From assembly GCA_021513715.1 (NCBI GenBank), contig CP084167.1, positions 1,152,001 through 1,216,000 on the forward strand: a stretch of 64,000 nt of DNA. Reading direction: 5' to 3'. The notes beneath the pieces were generated by a model that saw only the letters and a list, made by a program, of their open reading frames with translations, was not told the DNA's origin and ran no database searches. The position numbers and the translations under genes were made by a program. Source of the stretch: Candidatus Heimdallarchaeum endolithica (GTDB lineage: Archaea > Asgardarchaeota > Heimdallarchaeia > Heimdallarchaeales > Heimdallarchaeaceae). Of the stretch, positions 61,818-64,000 are shown in pieces; within the stretch, counting starts at the first letter, position 1; each line of letters opens with the position of its first letter.

Positions 61818-63111
61818 TATTTCTCAATTAACAAGTCATCTAAAGTACATTCCTAAAGATACAATTGATTTGATTAGCGAGTTTAATCAATTATTTTCAT
61901 CTTTCAAATCTCAAATAAAGAAGTTTATTCTAACTCAACCTACTTTTCTTCAAGAAATTAGAAATCAGATTAAATCGGAGATAGGTTTTCTTTCTCCACA
62001 GCAAAAAAATGTAGCTTTAGCTTTATATGGTATCATCATTACTGAAGATATTTTAAAGAAATATTCTCCGTCTCAATATGCAAATGACATTTCTTTCCTC
62101 CTTGAAGCTACTGAAAAGAAAAACAAATGCACAGATGATGAATTTATTGGAATTGTGACAAGCTACATCAATTGTCTAAAAGTAGCTCAAACTTCAACTA
62201 ATGCTGTTATTAATAGTTTTATAGAACTAAAAGGTATAGGGCTTGATGACGAAATAATTATTGGAATATTAATCAGGAGATATTACTATTATATTTTCAC
62301 TGAAATTAATGAAATGTTTGAGATTGCAGAATTTCCTATTGACATTAGATGGATAACATCTTTACTTGCTTATTCATTGGATACTGCTATTCAAAAAACA
62401 AAACGACAAACTTCTACAAAATCTATTTCTAGTATTTATCGCAAAATATTAAATGAATATCCTCCTTGTGATGGCCCGAAATATATTTTTGATTTAATAT
62501 ATGAGTTTGTGATTAAAGGATATTATGATCTATTGAATAGAACATTTAAACAAAGAGCAGAACTAAAGAAAATAGAAAAAGGACTTATTTCAAAGGAAGA
62601 TAGCTTAAAAAAAGCAGATAGAGCAAAAACGATATCTAAAGAAGAAACAAAAAGAAAAATAGAGCACCTTATTACAGTTATTGAAAAAACTATTTCTGAA
62701 ACTTTGAAATTTAACAGAGATTTTGATGAAAGAAAACGTCAAATTTTAGAAGCTAATATTGAAACATCTTTAAAGAGATTGGCTTTAGATGAATTTGGTG
62801 TTCAAGACATAGCTGATGAAGAAAAATATATGACCTATTTATTAGAAAGTTGGTTCAACTTGTTTTTAGATTGGCCTCAAATGGTAATTCCAATTATTAA
62901 TCTTACTGCCTATTCACATTTCCTAAATGATCCTGTAAACTATATTAAGAAGCACAAAGATGAAATCGAAAGACAGCTTCAATTTAGAATAAGAAGACAA
63001 GTAGGTGGAGAAAGGATGAATGCCAAGAATTTATCTGAAGCTTTCTCTAGATTACTCTATGAGATTCTTAATAATTCTTCTGTTAAAACTCTATCAATTG
63101 AGAAAAATTAA
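61810..63111 (+). CDS. hypothetical all-alpha protein
   Basis: 433 aa, overlaps the upstream gene by 8 nt. Confidence 0.7.
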   Translation: MSNISQLTSHLKYIPKDTIDLISEFNQLFSSFKSQIKKFILTQPTFLQEIRNQIKSEIGFLSPQQKNVALALYGIIITEDILKKYSPSQYANDISFLLEATEKKNKCTDDEFIGIVTSYINCLKVAQTSTNAVINSFIELKGIGLDDEIIIGILIRRYYYYIFTEINEMFEIAEFPIDIRWITSLLAYSLDTAIQKTKRQTSTKSISSIYRKILNEYPPCDGPKYIFDLIYEFVIKGYYDLLNRTFKQRAELKKIEKGLISKEDSLKKADRAKTISKEETKRKIEHLITVIEKTISETLKFNRDFDERKRQILEANIETSLKRLALDEFGVQDIADEEKYMTYLLESWFNLFLDWPQMVIPIINLTAYSHFLNDPVNYIKKHKDEIERQLQFRIRRQVGGERMNAKNLSEAFSRLLYEILNNSSVKTLSIEKN

Positions 63112-63135
63112 ATTAAATTAAATTTAATTAAATTA
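63106..63135. repeat. short (AATTA)n tandem between convergent genes
   Basis: six 5-mer units, one mismatched. Confidence 0.5.
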
Positions 63136-64000
63136 TATTTTTTCTTCAGATATTGCTAATTCTCTAATTTTCTTTTGTAACACATTAATACCTATACCAT
63201 TTTCTTTAGGTACTGATAGCTCTCCGTTAAAGTCTAGTTTGAAGATAGGGTCAATTATATACTCTGTGAAGTATCTTTCACTCTCGCTTATATCATTGGG
63301 TAAAGTGAAATTTTTCATACTTGCCACTGCAACATTTTTTGCTCTTCCAATCCCTGTTTCTAGCATCCCACCAACCCATAAGGGAACTTTATATTCTTCA
63401 GCCAATTTATGAATTTCTAAAGTTTCATTTATTCCTCCCACGCGTGAAGGTTTAACATTGATTATTCTAGTAGCGTCCATTTCTATAGCATGTTTAGCGT
63501 CGTCAAAGCTTTTTATTGACTCGTCCAGACATATGGGAGTAGATATCATTTTTTGCAATTTAGAATGCTCTACTATATCTTTATAATGCAAAGGCTGTTC
63601 GATCATCATTAAATCATATTTATCCAATTTTTTGAATATTTCAGCATCTTTCAAACTATATGCTGCATTAGCATCTACCATTAAACCTAAATCAGGAAAC
63701 TGTTCTCTTATTTGTTTTACAATTTCCACATCCCAACCAGGTTCTATCTTGATTTTTACACGTTTGTATTTTTTTCTGATTGCATATTCTATTTTTTGAA
63801 GTAAAAGTGAAAAATCATTTTCAATCCCTAAGCTAATTCCAGAAGGGATTTTATTTTTCACCCCTCCTAGAAGTTGAGAAAGAGATTTACCTTTAATTTT
63901 ACCATATAAATCCCACAAAGCATCTTCTACACAAGCTTTGGCCATTGGGTTTCCACGTATTTTTGAAACTATAGACGTAAAATCTTTTGGATGCTCTATT
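63133..64000 (-). CDS. menC: o-succinylbenzoate synthase / N-acylamino acid racemase (enolase superfamily); 5' end outside window
   Basis: KIKIEPGWD, VDANAAY, IEQPL, ICLDESI, NVKPSRVGG, WVGGMLETGIGR; frame open to window end. Confidence 0.9.
   Translation of the reverse strand, partial: IEHPKDFTSIVSKIRGNPMAKACVEDALWDLYGKIKGKSLSQLLGGVKNKIPSGISLGIENDFSLLLQKIEYAIRKKYKRVKIKIEPGWDVEIVKQIREQFPDLGLMVDANAAYSLKDAEIFKKLDKYDLMMIEQPLHYKDIVEHSKLQKMISTPICLDESIKSFDDAKHAIEMDATRIINVKPSRVGGINETLEIHKLAEEYKVPLWVGGMLETGIGRAKNVAVASMKNFTLPNDISESERYFTEYIIDPIFKLDFNGELSVPKENGIGINVLQKKIRELAISEEKI

Noticed and set aside
1-64000. CRISPR array, rRNA or long tandem repeat arrays
   Set aside because: No regularly spaced direct repeats or rRNA-like GC-rich stretches were seen

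Overview
AT-rich archaeal chromosomal window. The gene content points to an Asgard archaeon, probably Heimdallarchaeia-like (inference): Orc1/Cdc6, AMP phosphorylase, AlaX, archaeal peroxiredoxin, a PGF-CTERM-like tail, a RING-finger protein, and longin-like and degenerate GTPase-like proteins. Most of the window is transport and metabolism genes (MFS, ABC, ECF Ni/Co transporter, hydrolases). It also holds a TusA/DsrE/SQR sulfur-relay operon with signs of decay and one tRNA-Pro(GGG) followed by a scrambled ~2.2 kb patch. A 1002-bp IS5-family element occurs three times: two intact copies that each split a gene and carry target-site duplications, and one decayed copy. Best leads for undescribed biology: (i) a divergent RRE-radical SAM-SPASM enzyme lacking GGEP, coupled to a 68-aa Cys-terminated protein; (ii) Asgard-type signalling/trafficking-like proteins (7TM-longin fusion, convergent pseudo-GTPases, membrane RING protein, GAP1-N/DENN-like protein beside a TPR protein); (iii) a dead-NTase/AAA fusion; (iv) mirrored purine/pyrimidine skews inside the IS and around the tRNA. 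All family calls are motif recognition by eye; no database searches were run.
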